Below, piece after piece: positions 25,600 to 36,500 of a stretch of DNA of 51,657 nt. How positions within the stretch are numbered: position 1 is the stretch's first letter; each line of letters starts with the position of its first letter. The stretch lies in IMG/VR virus record IMGVR_UViG_3300045988_164158; one strand, written 5' to 3'. Position numbers and translations under genes: made by a program. The notes beneath the pieces are model-generated. The model saw only the letters and a program-made list of their open reading frames with translations. It ran no database searches and had not been told where the DNA came from. Source of the stretch: a virus.

Positions 25600-26108
25600 T
25601 GTTTTACGGCAACGTTGACGATTTTAAAAGTTATTGTACGTTAAGAAATAAAGATTTATCTGAAACGTGGAGTGACGAATTAATTGAATCAGCGTTGCTG
25701 ATTTCTTCCGAATGGCTTGATGGTAAATATGAAAATATTTTTATTGGCTATAAAGCTGATGGGTATAAACAAGAAAGAAGTTGGCCGAGAGAAGCGGCAG
25801 TTGTTCAATCTTATCCGTATTATTTATTTGCGAAAGATGAAATCCCGGAACAAATAAAAAAAGCGACTTACGAAGCTGCTTTTCGTAATTTAATTTCCCC
25901 GGGTTCTTTAGAAACTGATTTTACACCCAATCAATATAAATCAGTTAGAGTTGAAGGAGCTATTTCAGTTGAGTATAATTCATCTTTGACATATGCTTCA
26001 GATATACAAACAGAAATACCGATTATTCAAACTTTAATGAGTGACTTAATCGATTATGATAAACCCGGTTCGTTTAGTCGAGTATCCGGGAGAGCGAGTC
26101 GTGTATGA
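25596..26108 (+). CDS. head-tail connector (gp6-like) protein
   Basis: Position and size. N-terminal pattern resembles gp6-like head-tail connectors. Confidence 0.4.
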   Translation: MMFYGNVDDFKSYCTLRNKDLSETWSDELIESALLISSEWLDGKYENIFIGYKADGYKQERSWPREAAVVQSYPYYLFAKDEIPEQIKKATYEAAFRNLISPGSLETDFTPNQYKSVRVEGAISVEYNSSLTYASDIQTEIPIIQTLMSDLIDYDKPGSFSRVSGRASRV

Positions 26109-26470
26109 GCATTTACAACGATTTACAAAAAGTTGCTACAGGATTGTTAAAGGAATTTAAACAAGGGTCAATAGAACTTGTTCAATTTGTTCATTCTGAA
26201 AATTCGACACCTGATAATCCCGGAAAACTCGAAGAGGTTGTAACACCTTTAGATGCCGTTGCCAATGGTGAACGTTTTAAGTTTATGAATACAAGTTTTA
26301 TAAACTCTTCTGATATTGAGGTTATAACAGCAGTTGTTGAGGGAATAATTCCTTCGGTAAATGATTTTATCAACATTGACGGTGTGAAATACAAAGTAAT
26401 ACAATTTAATCCGTTACCTGCCGCAGGGACGGCTTGTGCATGGAAGTTTATTGTTCGCAAGGGGGGTTAA
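26105..26470 (+). CDS. head-tail joining / head closure protein
   Basis: Position and size. Confidence 0.35.
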   Translation: MSIYNDLQKVATGLLKEFKQGSIELVQFVHSENSTPDNPGKLEEVVTPLDAVANGERFKFMNTSFINSSDIEVITAVVEGIIPSVNDFINIDGVKYKVIQFNPLPAAGTACAWKFIVRKGG

Positions 26471-27472
26471 ATGGCTACTACCCTTGATACACTTTATGCT
26501 TTACAAATTCCTCAAGTTCAAGAGCTTTTTATTCAAGCAATGGAAAATATTGTTGACCGTGCTGTTATTGAAGATATGATAGAAGCGATTGAAAATAACG
26601 ATATTGAAGCTCTTTACGCCGCTTCAGGATTTACTCCAGTTGTTTTGAATACTGTTGTTAATCAAATTGAACAGATTTATAATGAAGCTGCAAATATTAC
26701 AACAAGTTTTTGGCCTAAACGACTTCGGGCAGTTTTTAATATTCGTAATCCTAAAGTTGAAGAACAATTGTCGGAATATTCAAGTAATTTTATTACAAAC
26801 ATTTCCGACGAGATAAAAGCAAATATTAGAACAATTTTAACAGACGGGCAGACAAGAGGTATAAATCCGAAAGAAACAGCACTTAATATTGTTGGTCGTA
26901 TTAATCCTGTAACGAAAAAACGTGAAGGTGGAGTAATAGGGCTTTCGACAAATCAAGTAGAATGGGTTTTCAATGCCAGAAAATATTTAGAAAATTTAGA
27001 TAAACATTATTTTACATTGGGATTAAGGGATAAGCGTTTTGATTCATTAGTTCAAAAAGCGATTGATGAAAAAAGAAAGTTATCAAAAAATGAAATTTCT
27101 CGATTGATAACCGCTTATGAAAATAAAGCACTGCGATTTCGTGGTAACGCAATATCTCGTACCGAAACCATGCAAGCTATTAATCGCGGCGAATATGCTG
27201 CTATTCTTCAAAATATTGAAAATGGTTTAATAAACGAAAATCAAGTGAAAAAATGGTGGGATGATACTCGTGATGGACGCACGCGTTTAACGCATATAGC
27301 GCTCGGCAATACTTATAGTCAAAAAAAACCTATACCGTTTAATGAACCTTTTGTTACTACAACTGGACAACAATTGCTTTATCCGGGAGATAGGTCTTTA
27401 GGTGCCGATTTGCATGAGATTGTTAATTGTCGTTGTAAAGCTCAATATAAAATTGATTTTTTAACGAGGTAA
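26471..27472 (+). CDS. Mu F-like (SPP1 gp7 family) minor head protein
   Basis: C-terminal LHEIVNCRCKAQY (NCRC hallmark). RTETMQAINRGEY... and WWDDTRDGRTRLTHIALGN conserved segments. Confidence 0.6.
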   Translation: MATTLDTLYALQIPQVQELFIQAMENIVDRAVIEDMIEAIENNDIEALYAASGFTPVVLNTVVNQIEQIYNEAANITTSFWPKRLRAVFNIRNPKVEEQLSEYSSNFITNISDEIKANIRTILTDGQTRGINPKETALNIVGRINPVTKKREGGVIGLSTNQVEWVFNARKYLENLDKHYFTLGLRDKRFDSLVQKAIDEKRKLSKNEISRLITAYENKALRFRGNAISRTETMQAINRGEYAAILQNIENGLINENQVKKWWDDTRDGRTRLTHIALGNTYSQKKPIPFNEPFVTTTGQQLLYPGDRSLGADLHEIVNCRCKAQYKIDFLTR

Positions 27473-27476
27473 ACGA

Positions 27477-27911
27477 ATGGCTGATTTTAATGCTGTAATA
27501 GATAACTTTGTTGCCAATAGTAAAGAGAAAATGCTTGCGGTTGTTAAAAACAGCATTCAAGAAGTTGTACAGAATGCTCAAACGCCTATTGCTAAAGGTG
27601 GTAAAATGCCTGTTGATACGGGTTTTTTACGTTTTTCAGGTACTGCAAATTTAAATAATGTCCCGTCTGGTAAAACACTTGGTAGAAACCGTTTAATCGG
27701 GGAAGAGGGTGTATTACCTGATTACGCATTAGATGATAACGCAAGTTATCTTAGTGACATACTTGTTAAAATGAAAATCGGGGATACGTTTTTTTTCGGT
27801 TGGACCGCTGTTTACGCTAGTCGTCAAGAAGTTTATAACGGTTTTATGGAATCAGCAATTATGAATTGGCAGAATATTGTAAATAATCAGATTAGGAGAT
27901 TGCAGAAATGA
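27477..27911 (+). CDS. HK97 gp10-like neck/tail-completion protein
   Basis: MPVDTGFLRFSGTAN matches the gp10-family PvDTGnLrrS motif. Confidence 0.5.
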   Translation: MADFNAVIDNFVANSKEKMLAVVKNSIQEVVQNAQTPIAKGGKMPVDTGFLRFSGTANLNNVPSGKTLGRNRLIGEEGVLPDYALDDNASYLSDILVKMKIGDTFFFGWTAVYASRQEVYNGFMESAIMNWQNIVNNQIRRLQK

Positions 27912-28309
27912 TTGAATCTAAAATCGTTAGTCTTTTGCAAAAACAAGTTACCAAAGCCGTTAACGGTCTTTTTCCGGTTAAATATTTGAATACTAATATT
28001 GAAGTAACTGATTCGTTTTGGGAAATTGTTTACATCCCGAACAATATTGAAAATGAATTTTGGGACAAAGGAAAAACTTATCAAGGTATTTTAAGATTGA
28101 TATTACATTGGCCGGCGGACAATACTGGTATTTACAACCCTCTTCAAGAAGCTGAAAGAGTTGCTGGTGAATTTTCCAAAGGGCTTGAATTATTTGGTGA
28201 TGACATCAAGGTTATTATTACTGATAATCCAAATTTAACCAGTCTGAATGAAGATGACGGAAAGTTGTTAATACCCTTGACAATTCGATATTTGTGTTTT
28301 AAGCTATAA
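27908..28309 (+). CDS. tail terminator-like protein (gpU-like, by position)
   Basis: Position before the major tail protein gene. About 130 aa. Confidence 0.3.
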   Translation: MIESKIVSLLQKQVTKAVNGLFPVKYLNTNIEVTDSFWEIVYIPNNIENEFWDKGKTYQGILRLILHWPADNTGIYNPLQEAERVAGEFSKGLELFGDDIKVIITDNPNLTSLNEDDGKLLIPLTIRYLCFKL

Positions 28310-28328
28310 TCGCATGGAAATACCTCCG

Positions 28329-28409
28329 GGCGCACTAGGTTGGATGACCTAAAAATCAATCAATCGGTGCGCTTTTTTACGCACCAAATAAAATTTTAAT
28401 ATTTGAAAG
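28329..28409 (+). promoter_or_regulatory. conserved late 5'-leader element, copy B
   Basis: See copy A. TATAAT at 28305-28310 upstream. Confidence 0.55.
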
Positions 28410-29165
28410 GTGCTAAAAATGGCAAATACAAACGCATTCTCGAAAATTTATGTTTGCCCTGATTCACAGAATGATGAATTGACTGCTGATGATTACGCAG
28501 GGTTAAATTGGGTTTTGATTAAAGGTGTAGGCAACCTTGGTGAAACTGGTAAATCTACTAACATTTTGAGTTATCCTACATGGGAAACCAGTGTATCAGA
28601 TAAAGCCAAAGGTATTACTGATGCGGGTTCCCCGACTCTTGAAGTTGCTCGTGACCCGAAAGATGAAGGTCAGAAAATTCTCAATGCCGCTAGTGCTGTT
28701 GGTAATAATAATAACTATGCTTTTAAAATTGAACGTGCAGATGCCCCGGTTGGTGGTATTGGTACAATTTTGTACAATCGCGGTCTTGTTGCTGGACCGA
28801 CTCGTCCGAACGGACAGAATGAAGATTTTGACTTGGAAGTTTTTACTCTTGCATTGGTTCAGGAAGAAATTGTCGTCCTTCCGACAACTGGTGTTGAAGC
28901 CCCGGTATTGACCGCAGCCCCGAGTATTAGCGGAACGGCAGAAGTCGGAGAAACTTTAACTTGTTCGACTGGTACGTTTACCGGTACGTCTCTTACTTAC
29001 AGTTATCAGTGGTTTGCGAACGGTCTTGTTGTGTCAAATGCTGTTGAAAATACTTATGAATTAACTGAGGCAGATAAAGGTAAAGTCTTTTCTTGTCGTG
29101 TAACTGCTCGAAACAACGGTGGTTCTGCTACTGGTTTTTCAAATACTACAACAGCTGTACTTTAA
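28410..29165 (+). CDS. major tail (tube) protein with C-terminal Ig-like domain
   Basis: Position before the G/GT chaperone genes. High-expression codon usage. The C-terminal 90 aa (SISGTAEVGETLTCSTGTFTGTSLTYSYQWFANG...FSCRVTARN) are Ig-like. Confidence 0.6.
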   Translation: MLKMANTNAFSKIYVCPDSQNDELTADDYAGLNWVLIKGVGNLGETGKSTNILSYPTWETSVSDKAKGITDAGSPTLEVARDPKDEGQKILNAASAVGNNNNYAFKIERADAPVGGIGTILYNRGLVAGPTRPNGQNEDFDLEVFTLALVQEEIVVLPTTGVEAPVLTAAPSISGTAEVGETLTCSTGTFTGTSLTYSYQWFANGLVVSNAVENTYELTEADKGKVFSCRVTARNNGGSATGFSNTTTAVL

Positions 29166-29179
29166 AAAAGGATTGAAAA

Positions 29180-29557
29180 ATGGATATTGCAAAACTTAAA
29201 CCAGCGGAAAGAATAATTGAAATCATTCATCCGGCAACTGGTGAAAATGTTGGTATTAGAGTTACTGTGATTTCACTTGTCGATGAGCGAATGAAAGCTG
29301 TTAGACGTAGATTTCAGAATAAAAAAATCGAGCTTGAAAAACGAGGAAAAACATTTAAAGCCGATGATTTGGAAGAAAACGCAACCGAGCTGCTTTTGAA
29401 TGCTATTACAGGTTGGGATTGGTATGATGCCGAGTTCAACGGTGAAAAACCCGTTTTTAATGAGAAAAATGTTAAAACGGTTTTGAATGAACTTTCATGG
29501 TTTAAGAATCAGATTGTGGAGGCTATCGACGACGAAAAAGCTTTTTTTCAGAGTTGA
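29180..29557 (+). CDS. tail assembly chaperone (gpG-like)
   Basis: Position between the major tail protein and tape measure genes. Followed by a -1 frame ORF with a slippery T7 run. Confidence 0.5.
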   Translation: MDIAKLKPAERIIEIIHPATGENVGIRVTVISLVDERMKAVRRRFQNKKIELEKRGKTFKADDLEENATELLLNAITGWDWYDAEFNGEKPVFNEKNVKTVLNELSWFKNQIVEAIDDEKAFFQS

Positions 29558-29955
29558 AAATAAATTTGAAGGAGGCCGTTCGAATATTTGTTCGTTACGA
29601 CCTCCCAAACGAAAAAGAAGATACTCGTAGAGCATTGAATGAAAGAGTTGGTGTATATACACCGCCTTTTGAAATTCCTGAAGACGGTATATATCTTTGG
29701 AATTGGTTTATAGATATAAACAACAGTGTTTCTCGAATTGATTTTAACGGTTATTATTGTTTAATACCGCCGTCCGAGTTTCTTGCATGGTCGACACTTA
29801 CAGGAAATGCGTTATATCCAGAAGAATATGACATCTTAAGAAATATGGATGCGGTATATTGCAAAGAAGTAAATGCTGAAATACAGTTTAAACGAGCAAG
29901 AGAGGAAGAAGCTCGAAAAAATGAAATAAAAAGTTCAAGAGTGCGGAGAAGATAA
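29554..29955 (+). CDS. tail assembly chaperone GT-extension ORF (expressed via -1 frameshift at 29542-29548)
   Basis: -1 frame relative to G. No ATG; the track start is TTG. Classic G-T arrangement. Confidence 0.45.
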   Translation: MKINLKEAVRIFVRYDLPNEKEDTRRALNERVGVYTPPFEIPEDGIYLWNWFIDINNSVSRIDFNGYYCLIPPSEFLAWSTLTGNALYPEEYDILRNMDAVYCKEVNAEIQFKRAREEEARKNEIKSSRVRRR

Positions 29956-32307
29956 ATGTCCACAGATATTGCAAGAATAGGTTTCGGGGTTGAAACTTCT
30001 CAGCTTGAAAAAGGTGTTTCAGCTCTTAGTACTTTTAGTACATCTGCGAAATCTGCAAATTCAAATGCTCAGGCAATCGGAACAGCAATGAATAAAGCTG
30101 CTGTTACTTTTGCCGGGGCCGTTGCAGGTATGAGCAGAAGTATTGCCAGTTTGGTATCTGCTACTAAAACAGCAACAGTTGAAGAAATCGCCGCTGCTAA
30201 AGAAGCTTCTAATTTTGCCAGTAATATTTATCGTGTTGCACAAGCTCAGGATACCTTAACAGTTAGTACGCAAAAAAGTACCCGCAATTTACAGAACATG
30301 TATTCGGCAATGCTTAAATTAAGTTCTGGTGAATCTATTTTGGAGAGAATCAATAGAATTACCGGAGTTAGTGGGTTGAGTAATAAATCGGCCGAATATT
30401 CCGCTGAATTTTTTAAGCGTTCTACGACTAAAGAAGAATGGAATGCTATGACTGGCAGTCTTGCCAGAGACCAGATGCCTAACAGATTTAACACTGCTAA
30501 TATTGCCGCACAATTTCAAGACATTGCTGTCACTGCTGCAATGGGCATGAATCCTTTAACTGTTGCTTTACAGCAGGGTACTCAATTATCCGCCGTTTTG
30601 AATACAATGGAAAGACCTTTAGAAGGTATCGCTCAAGCATTTAAATCTATTATTAATCCTGTTTCATTAATCAGTATCGGTTTAACAGCTTTAGTTGTTG
30701 CCGGTATTCAAATGGTTGATTGGAGTGAAACAGCGGACAGTGCTTTAAATTCTTTATCTTCCTCTTTTGATTTTGTTACAGAACATGTCGAAGGTTTTAC
30801 AGTAGCTTTAATTGGTTTAACTGCTGCCGGAGTTATTACAACATTTTCATCTTTAGGTGCAGTTGTAAGTAATTTGGGAAAAGTTTTAGGACCTGTAATA
30901 ACATTTTTCACAAAATTTATCAAAATAATAGGTACTGCGTTAACAAGTAAATTTACCATTATAGCATCTGTTATTACAGGTTTAGTATATGGTTTTTCGA
31001 AGTTGAGAGAGTATTTGGAAAATACAACCGGGTTTGATATAACTTTCGGTCTTTGGGATAAATTGACAGGTTTAATTGATAAAGCAGCTGAAGCTCTTAA
31101 AAACTTTTTTAGTATATCAAGTAAAAAAGAAGAATGGGAAGCGTTATCTAAAGGGGCTTTGAGTAATATAGATGATTTGATGACCGAATATTACTCTTTG
31201 TCAATGACCGAAAAAGAAGCCGATAAATATCTTAAAAAGATGGAACTTATTAAAAAAGCTTCTGAAGAAAAAATACCTTTAGAGAATACTTTTGGATTAA
31301 ACGGAAAAACAGGTTATCAGCTTATTGATGAATTAGCTGAACGATATGCTAATTGGAATGAAAAAATAAGACAGACAAAAGATAATATAGAGGAAGCTAA
31401 AAAAGCGGCCGAGGGTTGGGATAAAATATTAAAAAACCACGAGAAAACTGTTGAAGATTTGACCTTAAAAACTCAAACAATAGGTCTTGGTACATACGAT
31501 ACTACTCGTTTGCAAACTCAACTTGATATGTTGAGAAAATTGCAAGAAGTTGGTATTAATAAAACTGATATTATGGACGAAAGTACAGGGCAGACTTATC
31601 TTGATTGGGTAAACGATGCTTCGAGCAAACAAGGTCGATTAGCCGAAGAAAATAAAAAATTAGCTGATAGTTTTGACTTTGCCAAAGATGCTACCAAAAG
31701 CTTTTTTTCTGACATGCGAGAAGGATTGAGAGAAGGTCAATCCTTGTGGGAATCTTTTGGAAATGCAGTTACAAATGTTCTTGATAAGATTCTTGATAAA
31801 ATTATGAACATTGGTGTTGATTATTTATTTGATGCTTTAGGTGGTATGGGTACTAAAGGCGGTAAAACAAGTTTTTCATGGGGAAATATAGCTTCTAGCA
31901 TAGGGGGTTTTTTTGGTGGTAGTACATCTGCGTCTACACCCGCCCCTGCGGCTAAAGGCGGTGCTTTTACGAATGGTGTTTATAGTTCGCCAACATTATT
32001 TAAGTTTGCTAACGGTGGACAGTTTGGTGTTATGGGTGAAGCCGGTCCTGAAGCTGTTATGCCTTTGCGTAGAGGGTCAGACGGTTCTTTAGGTGTCGAT
32101 GCCGAAGGTATAGGCGGTAATAATGTAGTTGTTAACGTTATTAATAATTCAAATGCTCAGGCAAGTGTAAATCAACGAGAAACTAGACAAGGAACTGAAA
32201 TTGATGTATTGATAGACCAAACAGTTGCTCAAAAAATGACTCAACAAGGTTCTTATTCAAATAATGCTTTAAATGCTTATAGTAACCGTCGATTAGTTAT
32301 GAGGTAA
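29956..32307 (+). CDS. tail tape measure protein
   Basis: 783 aa, helical/repetitive, internal hydrophobic segments. Located after the chaperones. Confidence 0.85.
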   Translation: MSTDIARIGFGVETSQLEKGVSALSTFSTSAKSANSNAQAIGTAMNKAAVTFAGAVAGMSRSIASLVSATKTATVEEIAAAKEASNFASNIYRVAQAQDTLTVSTQKSTRNLQNMYSAMLKLSSGESILERINRITGVSGLSNKSAEYSAEFFKRSTTKEEWNAMTGSLARDQMPNRFNTANIAAQFQDIAVTAAMGMNPLTVALQQGTQLSAVLNTMERPLEGIAQAFKSIINPVSLISIGLTALVVAGIQMVDWSETADSALNSLSSSFDFVTEHVEGFTVALIGLTAAGVITTFSSLGAVVSNLGKVLGPVITFFTKFIKIIGTALTSKFTIIASVITGLVYGFSKLREYLENTTGFDITFGLWDKLTGLIDKAAEALKNFFSISSKKEEWEALSKGALSNIDDLMTEYYSLSMTEKEADKYLKKMELIKKASEEKIPLENTFGLNGKTGYQLIDELAERYANWNEKIRQTKDNIEEAKKAAEGWDKILKNHEKTVEDLTLKTQTIGLGTYDTTRLQTQLDMLRKLQEVGINKTDIMDESTGQTYLDWVNDASSKQGRLAEENKKLADSFDFAKDATKSFFSDMREGLREGQSLWESFGNAVTNVLDKILDKIMNIGVDYLFDALGGMGTKGGKTSFSWGNIASSIGGFFGGSTSASTPAPAAKGGAFTNGVYSSPTLFKFANGGQFGVMGEAGPEAVMPLRRGSDGSLGVDAEGIGGNNVVVNVINNSNAQASVNQRETRQGTEIDVLIDQTVAQKMTQQGSYSNNALNAYSNRRLVMR

Positions 32308-32309
32308 GA

Positions 32310-32642
32310 ATGACGACTTGGCCTTCACATTTTAAAATATTGAGAAATAATTTTCAATTGTTACCGGTTAGCCGTGTTTTAAGTTCTGATATGGATATTG
32401 GACCGGCAAAAAAACGGCGGCGTACAGTTATAAAATTAACAAATGTTTCATTTTCAATGTATATGAAACAAAGTGATTTTGATGAATTTATGGATTTTTA
32501 TTATGATAACGATTCGACTGTATTTTATTTCCCCCGTCCTGATACAAAAACTACAGTCTCTGCTCGTTTTACAGCCGCACCTACAGCAACATTTAACGAA
32601 ACATTATGGCAAGTTTCTGTTCAATTGGAGTTTTTACCGTGA
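32310..32642 (+). CDS. minor tail protein (lambda gpM-like)
   Basis: Position and size (110 aa). Confidence 0.45.
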   Translation: MTTWPSHFKILRNNFQLLPVSRVLSSDMDIGPAKKRRRTVIKLTNVSFSMYMKQSDFDEFMDFYYDNDSTVFYFPRPDTKTTVSARFTAAPTATFNETLWQVSVQLEFLP

Positions 32643-33136
32643 TTACAGATAATTTACGACAAGTTTCATATGCACAGGAGACAGATGTCGCTGTTATTAT
32701 TTTATTAACTTTAAAAACAAAAGATTTATCTGATACGATAAGAATTTCTAGTATCCCGGTTGAAAAGTTTGCCGATTTAGGGGAAAATGTTTATGGATGT
32801 ACAAGCAATGGGAAAAGATATATATTTTTACCTTTTGACATTACATTACCACAAGACGATAAAACAGGGGCTGTTACAGCAAAATTAACAATAGACAATG
32901 TTAATAGACAAATTGTACAATATGCCAGACAAACAAAATCAGCAATTAATGTTGATATTCAATTAATTTTGTCTAATGATTTAGATACTGTGGAAATGGA
33001 ATTTAAAGATTTTAAACTTACTAATGTTAGTTATGATGCTTTTACAGTTTCTGGAGATTTGTCAGTTGATTATCTTGGACTTGAACCATTTCCTTGTGGT
33101 CGTTTTACCCCATCAGGTTTTCCGGGATTGTTTTAA
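32606..33136 (+). CDS. minor tail protein (gpL-like)
   Basis: Position. Confidence 0.4.
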   Translation: MASFCSIGVFTVITDNLRQVSYAQETDVAVIILLTLKTKDLSDTIRISSIPVEKFADLGENVYGCTSNGKRYIFLPFDITLPQDDKTGAVTAKLTIDNVNRQIVQYARQTKSAINVDIQLILSNDLDTVEMEFKDFKLTNVSYDAFTVSGDLSVDYLGLEPFPCGRFTPSGFPGLF

Positions 33137-33531
33137 TGTGGAGTGACAAGTATATTTCCATACCCTTTGCCGACCATGGTCGTTCTAAAAATGGCTGTGA
33201 TTGTTGGGGATTGGTAACTGTCGTATATAAAGAAAAATTTAAGATTGATTTACCTTTTTTGTTAGATTATGATAATGTAAAAGATGTTCGACATATAACT
33301 ACTTTGTGTAAAAATGAATGTGAAAACTGGGAAGAAATATCTAAAAACGAGGAACAACCTTATGATGTATTGGTTTTTAACATTTTGGGCGCTCCTTGTC
33401 ATGTTGCGCTTGTGGTTGAAAAAGGTTTAATGCTGCATACAGAAAAAGGTATTGGTACACATATTAGCGATTATAAACGAGATAAACAATGGTGTAATCG
33501 TTTAGCAGGGATTTACAGATATGTTAAATGA
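33136..33531 (+). CDS. NlpC/P60-family tail assembly protein (lambda gpK-like)
   Basis: GCDCWGLV (catalytic Cys) and CHVALVV (His). The ATG at 33136 overlaps the upstream stop (TAATG). Confidence 0.6.
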   Translation: MWSDKYISIPFADHGRSKNGCDCWGLVTVVYKEKFKIDLPFLLDYDNVKDVRHITTLCKNECENWEEISKNEEQPYDVLVFNILGAPCHVALVVEKGLMLHTEKGIGTHISDYKRDKQWCNRLAGIYRYVK

Positions 33532-36500
33532 AGATATAATCGTTCAAAAATCTGTTTTACCGTTTAGACAGAATTTTGAAACTTTACGATTGCAGGATTG
33601 TAAAACACCTCAAGAAATTGTCAATAAACTTGTACCTTTTAACTTTGTGAATTGCAAGCTTGTTGTAACTCTCGATGGTGAAATATTATCAAAAGACAAA
33701 TGGAATCAAAAATTAAAAAAAGGGCAAATTGTCAGTCTTAATTACGTTCCTACCGGCGGCGATGATGGTAAAGCTGTTATGCAAGTTGTTATAACCATAG
33801 TAGCTATAGTAGCAACTGCATATTTAGGACCCATAGCAGGAGAAGCAATTGCGGCGGGTAATTATGGAACAGCTGCTTTGGCTGGGGCTGGTATTGTAGC
33901 TGTTTCTATGGTTTATAGTATGGCTATGAATGCACTTATGACAACCCCAAAACAATCAGACGGTACATTAGGTTATAAAGATTCTCAAACTCAATTTATT
34001 GAAGGAGCGAGTAATTCTATTAACAAGTTTGGGGTTATACCTGTCAATCTTGGAACAAATAAAATGTTCCCTCCTCAAGCAGCGTTACCTTATACAGAAA
34101 CGTCCGGTAACGACCAATATTGCCGACAGTTGTTTACTTATGGATATGGTAAAGTAACCGTCATTGAACGTAAGTTAGGTGAAACGATTTTAGATGATTA
34201 TGATTATGTGGAAGTTGAAGACAAGCTTAACGCAGATTTAAATTCCGGTACGTCTTTATATGCCAATGACATATATCAGGAAGATTTTAGCATTAAAGTT
34301 ACAAAAGAAGAATCTCCTTTTATTCGTACAACTCAAAAAGATTGTGACGAATGTATCTTAGATTTTACTTTTCAGGGCTTAGTCAATGGTATTACTCAAG
34401 GTAAGTACGCAGGATTAAAACTTAAAACAAGTGTTCAATTTGAAATCCAATTTGCTCCTATAAATACAGAGGATTGGAGTACATCTATTAACGGGGCTAC
34501 AATTCAAGAACAGTCAATAAATGCTGACATAAGTGTTTATTTGTTATACAGATTTTTAAATACTTGGGTTTGCCGTCGTTATTTTCTTGCTTTAAATACA
34601 CAAACCGGTGATATAAGTATTCATTCTGTTGATTCTAAAGTTAACAGACTTGAATATCCGTCTTTGTCTTCTGAATATGTTTATCTTGGTTATTATGAAA
34701 ATGGTTCTTTTCATGATTTAAGACAAAATCTTGTTGGTTCATCAATTGAAAGTATTGATAATTTTATTGTTACTACAGATGTTTCTGATAAATCTAATGC
34801 TTTAATAACTGTCGGAAGTGGTAACATTCTCGGTAGTACTTCAATGATGACGGTAACAGATGCAACATCAAGAGTTTTAAGAGTATCTCGACGAATAGTT
34901 TTTCCAGCAAGAGGTCAATATCAGATAAAAGTAAATCGTTTAACAGACGATTCAAACATTGATAGTTTATTAAATGATTCTTACTGGACGGCTTTAAAAT
35001 CAATTACTTATCGAAACCCTGTTAATTTTCCGAATATTTCAGGTACAGCTATGAGAATTAAAGCTACAGACCAATTGAACGGTACTGTAAATTCTTATAA
35101 CGCCATTGTTTCAACGCTTATGAAATCGTATAATCCTGATAAAGATTTATGGGTAGATGATGTTGCAACCTCCAATCCTGCTGATATTTTTCGATATGTT
35201 TTGCAATCTCCAGCTTTTGCAAAATATGAACAAATTACAGATGATAAAATTGATTTAGAAAAATTAAAAGAGTGGTGGATTTATTGTAATTCATTAAATT
35301 TAACTTTTAATAAAGTTATAGATTCGGATACAAGTATTGATGATGTTTTAAATGATATTTGTGCCGCCGGTGTCGCGACATTATCAAAAGTTGATAATGT
35401 CTTCAGTGTTATTATTGATAACGAACGTCCTTATGTCAAAGGACTAGTAACACCTCGTAATAGTTGGGATTATAAAGGAAATATCAATTATCCAGAACTT
35501 CCTGATGCACTTCGTGTTGAATTTCGTAATGCTGAGATAGGTTATAGTACCGATGAACGTATTGTTTACATGGACGGATTTGACGAAAATAATGCAAAGT
35601 TGTTTGAACGTTTAGAATTTTCAAGTTGTACAAACGCTGATTTGGCTTATTGGTATGGTAGACGATATTTTGCTACAGCTTTATTACAACCCGAAACTCA
35701 CACTTTCAAAATGGATTTTGAACATTTAACTTTTAATCGTGGGGACAGAATCAATCTCGTTAACGATGTCATTCTTGTTGGTGTCGGACAAGGACGTATT
35801 AAAGAGCTTATCACAGACGATGAAAATAATGTTACCGGTTTTGTTATTGATGACGAAGTAAATATTCCTACTAGTAAAAATTTTGCGGTTCGTATTAGAG
35901 ACAATAACGGCAAGGGGTTTAATTATTATTTGTTAAAACAATTTGTCGGAGTTAGCAATAGTTTTACTTTTGCACAATCTTTAACGGCTGAAAATGCCCC
36001 CGCTATTGGAAGTCTTTGCGCTTTTGTTGAAGACGGTAAAGAGCTTGATTTAATCATAACACAGATAAAAACTACCAGCAATGAAACAGCAACTATTACC
36101 GCTGTAGATTATGCTCCTGCAAGATTTACACCTATCGAAGAATTTCCTGAATGGTCAAGTAATATTACAATTCCGGGAGATTTTTATAAACCTTATGCTC
36201 CTGAATTGAATGGTGAAATTAAATCAGATGAATCTGTTATGATTAGAAATTCTGATGGTTCTTTAACTTCAATTATGATTATACCTCTTAAAAATCGTAA
36301 TGAAAATTCGGTAATCCCGGTAATACAAGTGAAAATTACAGGAGCTACTGAATGGTTTATACCAAACACTTTGAAAAACGATTCAAACGAGTTGGTTTTA
36401 ACAGGGCTTAGTGACGGTTCATATTATGATATAAGCATTCGTTATCAGCGTCAGACAGGTTTGCAGTTGCTTTCAGATGCTTTGTATATTAATAACGTTA

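Noticed and set aside
28591-28911. 106-aa alternative-frame ORF inside the major tail protein gene
   Set aside because: Same-strand overlap with a strongly supported structural gene. No Shine-Dalgarno. Low-complexity product.
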